Shown here: one piece after another, positions 1 through 10,219 of the stretch | Layout: each line of letters opens with the position of its first letter | Numbering within the stretch: position 1 is the first letter of the stretch | IMG/VR virus record: IMGVR_UViG_3300037311_000031 | Location: 1-25,744 of that record | From: a virus | Taxonomy: Duplodnaviria; Caudoviricetes | DNA: 25,744 bases | Strand: one strand, 5' to 3' | The notes under the pieces: generated by a model | Seen by the model: only the letters and a program-made list of their open reading frames with translations | Told to the model about the DNA's origin: nothing | Database searches by the model: none | Translations under genes and position numbers: made by a program

Positions 1-754
1 CGTAGCTGTAAGTCTCATTGATAGTGGACACCCGGTACCTATACAGCGTGTTCGGCTGCACATTGGTGTCGATATACGTGAGAAGGTCGCCGGCTATACG
101 GTTGACCAGCAATACGCCGTCGCGATCAATGCGGTGACCGGTGAGTGCCCCCGGTGCCTGCTCCCATGTCAGGGTCACAGACCCGGCAGCGATGGCGGTC
201 ACCTGTAGATCGGTAGGCGTAGCCGGCGGGATGAAGGACGGAGGTGTAACCGTACCTTCCAGGATCTCCGCCACCTTAGTTGCGATCTCGTAAATCGTCT
301 GATCTGGCAGATTGGTGACAGTCTGCGAGATAATAGTGGAAATCTGGTCAATATTAGCAGCATGAGCACCAGATGTGCCGGCGGCCATGTTGATGATCTT
401 CTTACCGCCCATATCGAGGTCGGCGGCACCGACGACCAGTCGATCCTCGACCATCATCACCAGACGGTCAAACATCTGCTCGATCGTTTCGGCCGGGAAC
501 TTGGTGTACTGCACCAGATCGACCGGCTGCAGGTAGGGGACCTGCCGATAGATGAGGATTTCATCACCATCGGTCGGCATGCTGGCCAGCGTTACGGTGT
601 TGCCATTGACAGAGTATCCGCCAACGGGAGTACCATTGATGTTGACCTTAACCCAAGAAGACTCGTCCGCCCGGAACGGGAAGGTAAAATCTTGGGTAAG
701 CCCGGTGGCTGTGTACTTGACGTACGGCAGCGGGGAACTGGATGAAATGGACAT
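1..754 (-). CDS. Tail fibre/spike protein, N-terminal part (T7 gp17-like N-terminal anchor followed by a fibronectin type III-like domain); runs off the window edge
   Basis: Not in the ORF track. ATG at 754 overlaps the upstream stop (TAATG). My translation begins MSISSSSPLPYVKYTATGLTQDFTFPFRADESSWVKVNING...DGDEILIYRQVP, typical of podovirus fibre N-termini. Later it reads PATPTDLQVTAIAAGSVTLTWEQ...HRIDRDG...YIDTNVQPNTLYRYRV, an FN3 pattern. It lies after the internal virion genes. Confidence 0.85.
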   Translation of the reverse strand, partial: MSISSSSPLPYVKYTATGLTQDFTFPFRADESSWVKVNINGTPVGGYSVNGNTVTLASMPTDGDEILIYRQVPYLQPVDLVQYTKFPAETIEQMFDRLVMMVEDRLVVGAADLDMGGKKIINMAAGTSGAHAANIDQISTIISQTVTNLPDQTIYEIATKVAEILEGTVTPPSFIPPATPTDLQVTAIAAGSVTLTWEQAPGALTGHRIDRDGVLLVNRIAGDLLTYIDTNVQPNTLYRYRVSTINETYSY

Positions 755-3700
755 TAGTTAAACCTCGGTGATGGACTGGTTGCAACTTCGGACTTGTACT
801 GCGGGGTGGTGGCAAGAGTCTCCTCGTCCATTTCCCCGGACATGATAGACTTCAAAATTGACTTGTACTGGGACTTATCGAACTGATGCTCGATTTTGAT
901 CTTGGTACCGTTGGGTGCCTCAAATTCATCACGATCGGCTACCCACTTGATAAACTGGCCCTTACCCATACGGGTGCCCATGGCCATCGCTGTCTGGATT
1001 ACCAGATCGCCCCGGCTGCCCGGCCCGATCTGGTCATTGGCTGCGGCTTCCTTATACGCCTTCGTTTCAAGAGCCTGTTCGACCGCTGCCCGTCTGGCCT
1101 TGCCTACGAAGATCTGGTACTGTTGATAGACAAAACCTTGATCGCCATCCATGGCAAGAGTGTCGATCTGACCGTTACCGTGGTCGACGAGGTAAGACGG
1201 CTTGGTGAGTCCGACCCGGGCATTAGCGATGGCAGCTGCAGCGGGATCGATCTTATCATCTTTAACCTTGATCGGAACCATCGCACGCCAGACCGGGCCG
1301 GCATCATTGGTCATCACGGACCCATCCCAAGTAATCTGAGCGGGCAACTTTTCCGACAGCCCGGGGAAGGCGTTGTATAGCTGCTTCGTTACCCGGCCCC
1401 ATAGCGAGCGCGCCTCCATCGCCCGGTATTCAGAATCAGTGAACTCCCTAATATCACGGGCAATGCCCGGGGTGGCATAGGAGGTGGCCGTACTGGATAG
1501 CATGTATAGCGCCTGCTTGGGGTTGTTCTCACGGATAGCAGTCATGAGATCTCCGACCGTGGACAGCCAAGCCCTGTCCTCCAGCATGTGGGTGACGGTC
1601 AGCACCGACGCGATCAGGATATTATCCCGTTCGACCTGAGACTTTACACCCTTAGCGAACTCGATGCCAGTAGCAATGATGTTGAGGGCAGTGCCCATTG
1701 GGTCGAGTCGGCTGAGGCTGTAGTAAGTGTCCCCGATCTTGACGGAGTTCGACTGCCACCCAGCGGCTTCCATCGATTTCCTCGTCTCGGGCTTGGGCGA
1801 CCCCTCACCGGTGATAATCTGGTCATCGTACAGCTGATTGACCATATACCACATGCCAGCGGCAATGGTGATACGGGCCATGGTTTCGGACCGTTCGGCC
1901 GCCGTACCCTTCATCAGCTTGTCATATGTCTTGCCAAAGTAGATAGCATCCAGTAGACCGGTCTGACGGAAGGCATACCCCATAAGGTTAGCCGGCGTAC
2001 GGACGAACGGAACGAGGGCGGCGCCAAACCAGCCCGACTGCTGAATCTTCTGGCCGAGATCAGCAAGCGACTTGAAAATTCCACCATAGATCGAGGGGTC
2101 GCTGGTGAAGGTCATGCGGGCGGCTTCCTCGGTCGCCGTCCGGGTCATGATCTTGTCCGGGTTCTCAAGCCAATGCTTGTAGGCAGTAGCGTAGTCGGCC
2201 CCGGTCGCGGCTTCCTCGGCCGCTGCCCTATTGGCTGCCATCTCATGCATCTTGGCAGTGTAATACTGATTACGGAAGAATCCGTCCTCGGCCTCAAGCA
2301 GCCGGACCGGGAGCGTCGCCGCCTTCCCAAGTCGGCTATTAGGCACCGACGTCACGTGGTAGCGCAGACCAAGCTCATTCCACACCTTGCCTTCGCCAAG
2401 GTCCTGCCCAGCAGCAATCCGCTTGGCCAGCTGGATGCTATCGGCCGTGGCATTGAACATGGCCCGGATGGACGACCCGTACGCACGCCAAGACATGCGC
2501 TCTTCCGGTGTCATCTCCTTGACCATCTGGCTAAAGGTCACCCCGTTGATCGCTTTCCGAAGGAAATACTCGGAGTTGTTAAGGAAGATCTGCGTTGGCT
2601 TCTGGATGTAAAAGTCCCAAACACCAGCGCCACCAGAACCGGCCACGTTAGCGACGTGGGTACGAATACTGGACAGCATCAGCTGGTAACGGGCATTGAC
2701 AATGAACGACCCGACCTTGGCGCCGAATGTGTTCTTCGTCACACGGGTCAGCTTGGCCACGTCAGCTGGGTCAACCTCAGCGATCGTCTCGATCAGCCGG
2801 CGGGTGTTGGTAGGGCCGCCCTGGGAGTCGACCAATGAAGCGATGGCCTTAGCGGCCGACCACTCATCGTCCCACGGCTTGATGCCGACAGCATTAAGCA
2901 GCCGGCCAGCATCACTGATGACACCTTCAAACAGATCTCGGGTCGCGACGAACCGAGAAAGAACCTGATTAAACAGTGCATATTCAGCATCGCCAATACC
3001 TTCACCGGACTTCGCCCGTTCGTTGAGATTACGGGCATACTTACTCAGAACCTTAGCCTGTCGCTCATAGGTCTTGGTAAGGGCGGCAAGCTCGGACGGG
3101 GTCCAGCGTGTTTCCCGACCCTTGGCCACGACGTCAACGCCCAAATCCAACAGTTTCTTGGCTTCGTCGATCGTAACCGCATGCGGGATACGTTGGTGCT
3201 CGGGCGCCCCGCCCTCGACCTCACGCAGGAGCCGCATAATCTCCCGGGTGTCCGGGTCGTCGAAGAACTTAAGGTTGGTCTTACCCGACCTCATCTCCTC
3301 AGCGAGGGCAGTAACAACGACCTGATTAAATCGTACGTTGGCTTCTTCCCCATCGGCGGCTCGGATCTGGAGCCAGCCACCACGAGGCTGCTTACCGATG
3401 ACCTCCCACTCCTTGTCGTTCCAAAGGACGCTGGTACCCCGCATGGTGCCCCGGGCTTCCTGAACTTCGGCAAAGGCTTTCGGAGGCTCTTCAACATTGA
3501 CCTCGTCAATCTTCTTGAGAACTTCATCTGCCTCAGTCATCCCCTTCTTGCGGGTCGGATCAAACGCCGATGGGGAATTGGTTCGATCCATTTGATCGAC
3601 GGGGTCCCAATACTTCTCAGCGAACAGATCGTTGGGCTTAAGTTGCGCGAGTTTTCTAGCGGTGCCCGGCTTTAACAGCGGCTCACCATCTGTACCAAGG

Positions 3701-5118
3701 TCATTAACCTCGTCGCCGGTCATCAGCCAGATCGGGCGCCTATTGTTATTCGGCCCCAAAGACGTGACTTCCCGCTGATCGAAGGTCAGTTCATCAAGTG
3801 ACGCAATGCCACTATCCTCGACCTCGTCAAGTTTAATAACCCAACGATTCGTGGCTTCATCATACTCGACCGGGTATACGCTGGTGCCCTTCTCCTTGGT
3901 ACCGGGAAGTCTGGTGCTAAAGGTATTAGTAAGTGCGCCAACCTCAGACCTGCCGTCCTCGGGCACATCGCCAAACCGAATATACTTCTTTTCCGGGGTG
4001 TCGGAATATTCAAGTTTGGGCCTTGGTTTAAAGGCATCGCCTTCGTAGTTATACTCAACAGGTTCGCCAGTTGGCCACCTATCACCGGTCCCGACGTCGG
4101 GACTACCATCGATTTTGGTGCCAGGCACCCCCTCGTCGCCGGGGGAAGGGGGCGCCGCCTTCTGACTCGACGGCGGGGGAGTGCCATCGGAAGGTTCGGG
4201 GGCGCCCGGCTCATTTGGCTTACGGGCCGGGGGCGGATCGGCACCCAGCCGCGTGCGCAAAACATCGGCAAGCTTACCAGCCCCGTATCCAAGGCCAAAA
4301 CCACCAGCCAACCCAATAGTGCCGGAAAGGGCGGCCTGCCCGGCGATTGAAGCCGAGTCGTAATCCTCGCGGGCACCAGCGGCAATCTCAGTCCGCTGCT
4401 GGGCAAACTCCTGAGCACCGCCCTGGACAGCTGCCTCACCACCGCCGGCAGCACCACTAACCGTCCCGGCCTTGAGGGCCGTAGTGAGTTCCTTCTTGAG
4501 GATGGCCCCACCCAGCTTCTTACCAAGGGCGGCGCCGCCGACAGCGCTAACACCACCGGTGGCATACGTGACAGGATCGAACAGGATGGAAGACACGGCA
4601 TTACCGAAGTCGCCGTCCCCGCTCTCCGCCCAATCATAGATGGCAAGCATATCGAGCAATGCCTGCGGATACTCCGGGTTACTCGGTGCCGTCATCTGTG
4701 CATGTTTACTGGCGGCGAGCGCGGCGGTCACGCTCCAGTTGAACATGGACATTTGCTTGCGGGCGAGCTTGGCGAGTTCCTCGTCGGTGCCCTCCCATTC
4801 CCGGTTAAACATCCCCTTATACCAGGTCTTCGATGCGTTGACGAACTCCGGCATAAGATGAAGTTCGTCCGTCCGCATGCGCTTGGCGTCCGGCGTCGGT
4901 TCCCAGCCTTTGTGCTTGGGGACCTCGATCGGGCTGTTGGCGAGCTTGGCGGCCTCGGTGTAAGTGTTGCGCAGTTCGTCGTCCGGGATATCCGTATTGC
5001 CTACGGACTCCTTCCAACGGGCAAGACCACCGGTAGGATCGGTATTAGTGTCAAGCTTTTCATTGGCCTTGACACCGCCATCCTCGATCTCAAGCAAGGC
5101 TCTTTCAAGTTCGTCCAT
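754..5118 (-). CDS. Large internal virion/ejection protein (gp16-position, polyvalent-like)
   Basis: 1454-aa ORF, last of three internal-protein genes before the fibre. It has Gly/Ala-rich hydrophobic segments (DPVTYATGGVSAVGG), a Pro-rich linker, and C-terminal motifs PFVRTPAN and GWQSNSVKIGDTYYSLSRLDPMG seen in large podovirus ejection proteins. Confidence 0.75.
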   Translation of the reverse strand: MDELERALLEIEDGGVKANEKLDTNTDPTGGLARWKESVGNTDIPDDELRNTYTEAAKLANSPIEVPKHKGWEPTPDAKRMRTDELHLMPEFVNASKTWYKGMFNREWEGTDEELAKLARKQMSMFNWSVTAALAASKHAQMTAPSNPEYPQALLDMLAIYDWAESGDGDFGNAVSSILFDPVTYATGGVSAVGGAALGKKLGGAILKKELTTALKAGTVSGAAGGGEAAVQGGAQEFAQQRTEIAAGAREDYDSASIAGQAALSGTIGLAGGFGLGYGAGKLADVLRTRLGADPPPARKPNEPGAPEPSDGTPPPSSQKAAPPSPGDEGVPGTKIDGSPDVGTGDRWPTGEPVEYNYEGDAFKPRPKLEYSDTPEKKYIRFGDVPEDGRSEVGALTNTFSTRLPGTKEKGTSVYPVEYDEATNRWVIKLDEVEDSGIASLDELTFDQREVTSLGPNNNRRPIWLMTGDEVNDLGTDGEPLLKPGTARKLAQLKPNDLFAEKYWDPVDQMDRTNSPSAFDPTRKKGMTEADEVLKKIDEVNVEEPPKAFAEVQEARGTMRGTSVLWNDKEWEVIGKQPRGGWLQIRAADGEEANVRFNQVVVTALAEEMRSGKTNLKFFDDPDTREIMRLLREVEGGAPEHQRIPHAVTIDEAKKLLDLGVDVVAKGRETRWTPSELAALTKTYERQAKVLSKYARNLNERAKSGEGIGDAEYALFNQVLSRFVATRDLFEGVISDAGRLLNAVGIKPWDDEWSAAKAIASLVDSQGGPTNTRRLIETIAEVDPADVAKLTRVTKNTFGAKVGSFIVNARYQLMLSSIRTHVANVAGSGGAGVWDFYIQKPTQIFLNNSEYFLRKAINGVTFSQMVKEMTPEERMSWRAYGSSIRAMFNATADSIQLAKRIAAGQDLGEGKVWNELGLRYHVTSVPNSRLGKAATLPVRLLEAEDGFFRNQYYTAKMHEMAANRAAAEEAATGADYATAYKHWLENPDKIMTRTATEEAARMTFTSDPSIYGGIFKSLADLGQKIQQSGWFGAALVPFVRTPANLMGYAFRQTGLLDAIYFGKTYDKLMKGTAAERSETMARITIAAGMWYMVNQLYDDQIITGEGSPKPETRKSMEAAGWQSNSVKIGDTYYSLSRLDPMGTALNIIATGIEFAKGVKSQVERDNILIASVLTVTHMLEDRAWLSTVGDLMTAIRENNPKQALYMLSSTATSYATPGIARDIREFTDSEYRAMEARSLWGRVTKQLYNAFPGLSEKLPAQITWDGSVMTNDAGPVWRAMVPIKVKDDKIDPAAAAIANARVGLTKPSYLVDHGNGQIDTLAMDGDQGFVYQQYQIFVGKARRAAVEQALETKAYKEAAANDQIGPGSRGDLVIQTAMAMGTRMGKGQFIKWVADRDEFEAPNGTKIKIEHQFDKSQYKSILKSIMSGEMDEETLATTPQYKSEVATSPSPRFN
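4084..4103. repeat. Copy 1 of dispersed 20-mer ACCGGTCCCGACGTCGGGAC (16-bp palindrome at 4088-4103), inside the CDS
   Basis: Exact match to 12686-12705 and 22281-22300. Confidence 0.95.
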
Positions 5119-5119
5119 C

Positions 5120-6847
5120 TTAATTCACCGGTTCCGACATGATTTCAAACAGGACATTATCCGGATCGGGCATGAGGTCCTCGACCGGAATGGTGGCCGG
5201 TCTGTCAGTAAACTGGGCTTCCCGCTTAATTTCAAGCGCTCGGGACGGGGTGATCTTACCACTCTTCACCCCGGTGGCCAGATCAATGATGAGGGCATCA
5301 TAATCGAGCTGGGACTTTTCGGTGATCTTGCCATTGTCCTTGGTGATAAAGCGATCAACCTCGGGGTAGGTGGTGCTGAGCCTGACGAACTTCCGACTGC
5401 TATACCCCTTGGGGTCGTAGTTCGGGAGGTTGCGATCAGCCCACTTGATCCAGTCGGTCCCGGGATACGTCTGCTGCTGAATGAGCATCGCCCGCAGTCC
5501 GTCGGAGTACGCACGCTTGGAATCCTCGTTACCCTCAAGCGTACCATCCAACCCAAGAGACACCTGGGTCGTTGCCCTCAGACGATCAACGGCGGCCCTG
5601 AACAGGGGGTCTTCGGCCGGCGCCTTCTCTGACTTGTCAATCAGGTCCATGGCCTTGATCGCCGTCTCGCCGTCGATGACCCCATTCGCCAGTTGCCGCA
5701 TCACCGCAGTGCGGGCGGTTTCAGCCATGCCCCTGACGGTAGACGAGTTCTGATTAAACAGATAAGGATTGCGGATCATAAGAATAGACCGCGCAATCTG
5801 AGAGAACGCCTCCTTAGACTGGCGCGGGTCCTTGATCCGAGCGTCAGCCAGTTCCTGTAGGCGGCGCTGACGAACCATCTCAGCCAATGACCCGCCCCGG
5901 TCAGGATCAATATCTCTATTGCGGATGGCGGCGATGATCTCGTCGTTGGTTAATGTGCCACGGATATACTTTTCCGTCAGTAGGGCATTGCCATTATCGA
6001 ACCGCTCCTGTTCGTCGCGGTTCATTCTCGACGAATAATCATTGAGATCATCCAATAGAGCGCGACGGTCGGTGTCCGTCATGCGATTGGGGTCGAGCAG
6101 GATAGACTCCCGAACCGCATCAAGCTCACCCTCATTCTCCGCCTTATACATGCGGATCATGTACCCGCGCTTATCGACTTGGCTCGCAATGTAAGTTGCT
6201 CGTTCCTGAGCCTTTTCCGGGTCATAAACACCCAGAATAACTGATCGGTTAAGAGCTTCGAGAGCACTCTTCTCGTCACCACCCGCAATAGCACTTTCGA
6301 TTGCAGCGTCCGTGCTTGCCTTGCCATATGCAATGGCCCTATTGATTTGCGTAGTAGCGACAGCAGCCGTGCCCGGTGCCCCGTACCGGGTCTCAAGCTG
6401 TAACCTCAGCCTGTCTCTCATCCGGGGATTGCGCACCCCATTGACCGCTTCATCGATGATCGACTTCGATTGACGGTCCCACCAAGCTCCGGCTACCTCA
6501 TGTGTGAACACACGAGGCCGGAGTTCCTCTGCACTGGTACCGTCGGGTTTGACGATGGTAGCATACCTGTTGAAGTCGACGCCTTCCGGGATTTCCTCCG
6601 GGTCCACGCTCAGACTGGTGGTCAGCTTGGACTCAAGGGCCGACAGGCTCTGAGCCGCATTACTGAACGCCTGGGTGAAATCAGCCTCATCCATCACATC
6701 GCGAGCAAGGATGGCGCCTTGGTTCAGCGTGTTGACAAAGTTCTGCGCAGCCGCGCCCACAGCGCCGGCCGACTGAGGACTTTCAGTGGCCAGCGGCTGT
6801 ACGGCCCGCGTGTAATTGATGGCTGGTAGTTTCATTACTTCCACCAA
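5120..6847 (-). CDS. Internal virion/ejection protein (gp15-position)
   Basis: 575-aa mostly helical-looking ORF between the small and large internal proteins. The start may be 6847 or the ATG at 6835 that overlaps the upstream stop. Confidence 0.65.
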   Translation of the reverse strand: MVEVMKLPAINYTRAVQPLATESPQSAGAVGAAAQNFVNTLNQGAILARDVMDEADFTQAFSNAAQSLSALESKLTTSLSVDPEEIPEGVDFNRYATIVKPDGTSAEELRPRVFTHEVAGAWWDRQSKSIIDEAVNGVRNPRMRDRLRLQLETRYGAPGTAAVATTQINRAIAYGKASTDAAIESAIAGGDEKSALEALNRSVILGVYDPEKAQERATYIASQVDKRGYMIRMYKAENEGELDAVRESILLDPNRMTDTDRRALLDDLNDYSSRMNRDEQERFDNGNALLTEKYIRGTLTNDEIIAAIRNRDIDPDRGGSLAEMVRQRRLQELADARIKDPRQSKEAFSQIARSILMIRNPYLFNQNSSTVRGMAETARTAVMRQLANGVIDGETAIKAMDLIDKSEKAPAEDPLFRAAVDRLRATTQVSLGLDGTLEGNEDSKRAYSDGLRAMLIQQQTYPGTDWIKWADRNLPNYDPKGYSSRKFVRLSTTYPEVDRFITKDNGKITEKSQLDYDALIIDLATGVKSGKITPSRALEIKREAQFTDRPATIPVEDLMPDPDNVLFEIMSEPVN

Positions 6848-7230
6848 GCGGCAGCGGCGCTAAACGCATTGGAAGCGGCATTCAGCAGGCCGGCGTTAAA
6901 CTGAGATTTGGCGGTGTCGTTACCTGCCTTATACAGGCTAGCCCCCCAATTCTTCATCCATCGCATTTCTTCCATGTACTGTTTAGTCATTTCGTCTACA
7001 TATTTCTGTGGTGTCGATCCACGGACGTTGTTACGTACACCAGAAGCGCCGATCATAGTACGGGTCATGCCGATCTCGGCATTGAAGTCCTGCTTGCGGC
7101 GGCGCATTACCTCTCTGGCTTCGGCCTGATCCAGCTTAGCTTGTTTCTTGGCAGCCTTCTTGGAACCCGAAGCACCGAACGCCCCGGCAGCCAATGAAAG
7201 CCCGCCAGCGATGACTGCTCCCCAAACCAT
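6835..7230 (-). CDS. Small internal virion protein (T7 gp14-like)
   Basis: 131 aa with a hydrophobic Gly/Ala N-terminus (MVWGAVIAGGLSLAAGAFGA), an Ala/Lys/Gln helix and a GASGV motif, as typical of this family. Expected synteny. Confidence 0.75.
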   Translation of the reverse strand: MVWGAVIAGGLSLAAGAFGASGSKKAAKKQAKLDQAEAREVMRRRKQDFNAEIGMTRTMIGASGVRNNVRGSTPQKYVDEMTKQYMEEMRWMKNWGASLYKAGNDTAKSQFNAGLLNAASNAFSAAAAWWK

Positions 7231-7796
7231 TAGAATCTCCTAGCCTTCACCAGCCTGCCGGGCTGGAATCTTAGCCGCGAAGCCTTGCGCCCGTCGATGG
7301 CCTTGGCATCGGCAATGAACCCGTAGTACCTGTCCCACATCTTTGAGTCAAGAGTCTGGCTTTCAGTCAGTCCAGTACAGATGGTGGCTGCAAGTCTGGC
7401 GGCAAGAGCCTGAGTGAAGAGTGGGCTGAACAAAGCGGGGTTGATTACCCGCGTAACCGCCCTGACCATCACGGGCTTGGTATTGACTAGAAGCCCGGTG
7501 TTGGCTTGCTCCCAATCGGTTTCGCCACCGTGGAGTGTGCGCACGTCCGACACCCGGATCACATTAGACTTCAAAACAAACCTGTTGTAACCAGATGGGT
7601 CGTCAGTGGCCTCAGTATAAGGCTCAGTGACCATGGCGAACGACCAGTCGGCGGCCTCCAGAACACAATCTCTGGCATCATCAAAATTCGACTTGCAAAG
7701 CTCTGCCAGACTATTATCGTCGTCCAATGAGGTGATGCTGCCGGCAGCCAGCCACGACAAGGCAATGTTGCAGATTCTTACGATTGAGGTGCTCAT
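7230..7796 (-). CDS. Tail tubular protein A / head-tail adaptor (T7 gp11-like)
   Basis: Motifs ICNIALSWL, ITSLDD, RDCVLEAADWSFA and FSPLFTQALAARLA; 188 aa. Confidence 0.88.
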   Translation of the reverse strand: MSTSIVRICNIALSWLAAGSITSLDDDNSLAELCKSNFDDARDCVLEAADWSFAMVTEPYTEATDDPSGYNRFVLKSNVIRVSDVRTLHGGETDWEQANTGLLVNTKPVMVRAVTRVINPALFSPLFTQALAARLAATICTGLTESQTLDSKMWDRYYGFIADAKAIDGRKASRLRFQPGRLVKARRF

Positions 7797-10219
7797 GACC
7801 CTTCATTGGCTCCGAGACGGCCGAAGATGCCAGATATTTCGACAATCAGCGGCATTGGTTGAAAAATATCCAGTTCACCATCACCCCAGCCCACGGGAGT
7901 AATGTTAACGTCGGCGGTCACAAATGGCTCGCTGGTATCCATCGGCGTTTCAGCCGACCGGTCCGCGATAGATTTGCCATTGATCTTCGGCACAGAAGAA
8001 TCATTCAGTCTGAGAAAGACCTTGTTCCACTTCATGGTGGCCTGCTGAGAGCTACCACGGGGCGTCACACCTTCCGGCTTGAGCGAGATGATCCTCTGCT
8101 CGTAAGGAATTCCAATATAGGCGACAGACCCCGACGCGAACCCCTCAAGCTGAATCGACCCGCCCTCGACGACCATACTGGGGTGGAGCTGGTAATAGGT
8201 GCCCTGAGTGACCGGGTCCTTGCCAGTGAGGACCACCGATACGGCGGAGCCATCAATGTACGGCAAGCCCTCAATCAGGCCAGATTCGGTAACCTGCTTC
8301 TTGACATATCGATCGAGGGCAAACTTATCGAATGTGCTAAACTTGTACGATTCGATAGTCTTGATGCCCTGCCGGTTAACGACAACCCACAACTCATCAC
8401 CATCAGAAGTGCGGGCTGGGGTGGCGGACAAGACGGCGCCCCGCGTCTCGACCCGGTACCAGCCGACCTTGTTCTCATTATATAGATAGGTGGAACCGCA
8501 GATCGTGCCATTGCCCATCACACATAGAAGCTGGTACCCGGGGTTGCCAGCAAAGTGCACCTCCTGGATCTTACTATCGAAGATATCTGGGTTAAGGATC
8601 GAAAGCTCGATACCATCCCACCCTGAATCATTGCCCATAAGTGAGATCGTACGCACCCGATCCTTGGACGGAGATACATACACAATCTGCCTGCCGACCA
8701 ACGCAGCCTGGATATCAGCCGAACCCCAATAAGTATTGATCTTGAAGTTGAAGTCGTCGAAGGTAATGGGACCACGGGACCCGGAACCAACGACCTCACA
8801 ACGATCAGTCCCGATGATAAGCGCCTGATTGGACTCGATCCACTTGATACCACCCGGAGCCGTTAGCGGGAAGTTTAAGGGATCGGCCGCGTCGTCCACA
8901 CTCGTAGTGTCAAAGTCCGAGTATACACCTACACGGGACGCAACTACGGTCGACTTCGACCCGGGGGCGCCGCCCAACCACAGGCGACTCTCATGGAAGC
9001 AGCCACAAGATGGCCACCCGGCGCCCCATATCCCGGGGGCCGGCTGCTTATAGTCAACAATGTCAGAGATCTTCTTAAATGTCCAACCGACACCTTCCAC
9101 TTTCAGGCGATGCGGTTCGACCTCAGGGTGGAAAAACCAAAGCTCACGCTCGGCGCTGTCCATGGCATACTTGATGCCACTGAGTTTAGAAGCCTGCCAT
9201 GGTGAAAGGAACTCAACCGGCTCCAGAGAGCTAGGAGGACCCGGGACCTCCGTTTCCAATGACAAGGTCCTAACGGTCATAAGGTTGAACGGGGGAATGT
9301 TATTGATGCCAGACGCCTTCGTCCATCCCTTGTAATTCCTGCTACTGGCGGGGTTGATATCCGCGTGAATCTCAATGTAAAATTCATCCGATGGTGGGGT
9401 GAATGTTACATCGATGGTAACCATATCATCACGCCTAGTGATCGGGACCACTGCCTCATAATAAGAATTACTATGAAGAGTGGGACCGACCTTGATCTTC
9501 AACGAAAGGTCATCGAACTCACCAGTAAAACCCGTCTCGGTGGTTAGAACAACGGATCCGCGCAGCCTGTGTGGCTTCCCCGGAGACGGAGTAGACACAA
9601 TCGTGGACGTGGAAAGAGTTTCCCTGATTCTGACGACTTTGGAAACCCCATTTTCAAGATAATTCTTGGCTTCGGTACTGAACATCAAACTTACACTGTC
9701 AGTGCCGAATGCATCGTCCGGGTTGTAGTCCTTGCCAGTGAAGAATACTAGAAACGGGGTTTCACTTGGGAGCGGTGGATCGAAGGTCGATCTCGCAGGA
9801 AAATCAGACCCTGGGATATTGATCCTGGGACCATATTCATCAGTGCTGATGCTGTAAAAATCGATTGACCAAGTGGCAAGGCGCTGCCGGAAATTCCCAT
9901 CGGTAAGGATATCGGAAATAGCGCCCTGCTGGACCTTGCCAAATTGGTTACGAACAATCACCATCGAGTCCCCGACCTCGACGATGATATCATCGTTAAC
10001 ATCATTAACAAACGTGAACAGCCGGGAACGCGCATTCCTAGAATCAGCGAAGTCACGGAACATGAACGGGTTACGACCACGGGCCGATCCCTGTGGAAGA
10101 GGCATCATATTCCGCATAAGCTTGACAGCAGACTTGTACATGTCCGTGTCAGTAAGACCACGGACACGCTGCGAAATCTCGCCAGAGCTAAAAGAATTTT
10201 GGATCGGTGTGGTACGCAT
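7793..10219 (-). CDS. Tail tubular protein B / nozzle (T7 gp12, P22 gp10-like)
   Basis: N-terminus QNSFSSGEIS and NMMPLPQGSARGR; WPSCGCFHESRLWLGG beta-propeller motif; 808 aa. Confidence 0.9.
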   Translation of the reverse strand: MRTTPIQNSFSSGEISQRVRGLTDTDMYKSAVKLMRNMMPLPQGSARGRNPFMFRDFADSRNARSRLFTFVNDVNDDIIVEVGDSMVIVRNQFGKVQQGAISDILTDGNFRQRLATWSIDFYSISTDEYGPRINIPGSDFPARSTFDPPLPSETPFLVFFTGKDYNPDDAFGTDSVSLMFSTEAKNYLENGVSKVVRIRETLSTSTIVSTPSPGKPHRLRGSVVLTTETGFTGEFDDLSLKIKVGPTLHSNSYYEAVVPITRRDDMVTIDVTFTPPSDEFYIEIHADINPASSRNYKGWTKASGINNIPPFNLMTVRTLSLETEVPGPPSSLEPVEFLSPWQASKLSGIKYAMDSAERELWFFHPEVEPHRLKVEGVGWTFKKISDIVDYKQPAPGIWGAGWPSCGCFHESRLWLGGAPGSKSTVVASRVGVYSDFDTTSVDDAADPLNFPLTAPGGIKWIESNQALIIGTDRCEVVGSGSRGPITFDDFNFKINTYWGSADIQAALVGRQIVYVSPSKDRVRTISLMGNDSGWDGIELSILNPDIFDSKIQEVHFAGNPGYQLLCVMGNGTICGSTYLYNENKVGWYRVETRGAVLSATPARTSDGDELWVVVNRQGIKTIESYKFSTFDKFALDRYVKKQVTESGLIEGLPYIDGSAVSVVLTGKDPVTQGTYYQLHPSMVVEGGSIQLEGFASGSVAYIGIPYEQRIISLKPEGVTPRGSSQQATMKWNKVFLRLNDSSVPKINGKSIADRSAETPMDTSEPFVTADVNITPVGWGDGELDIFQPMPLIVEISGIFGRLGANEGS

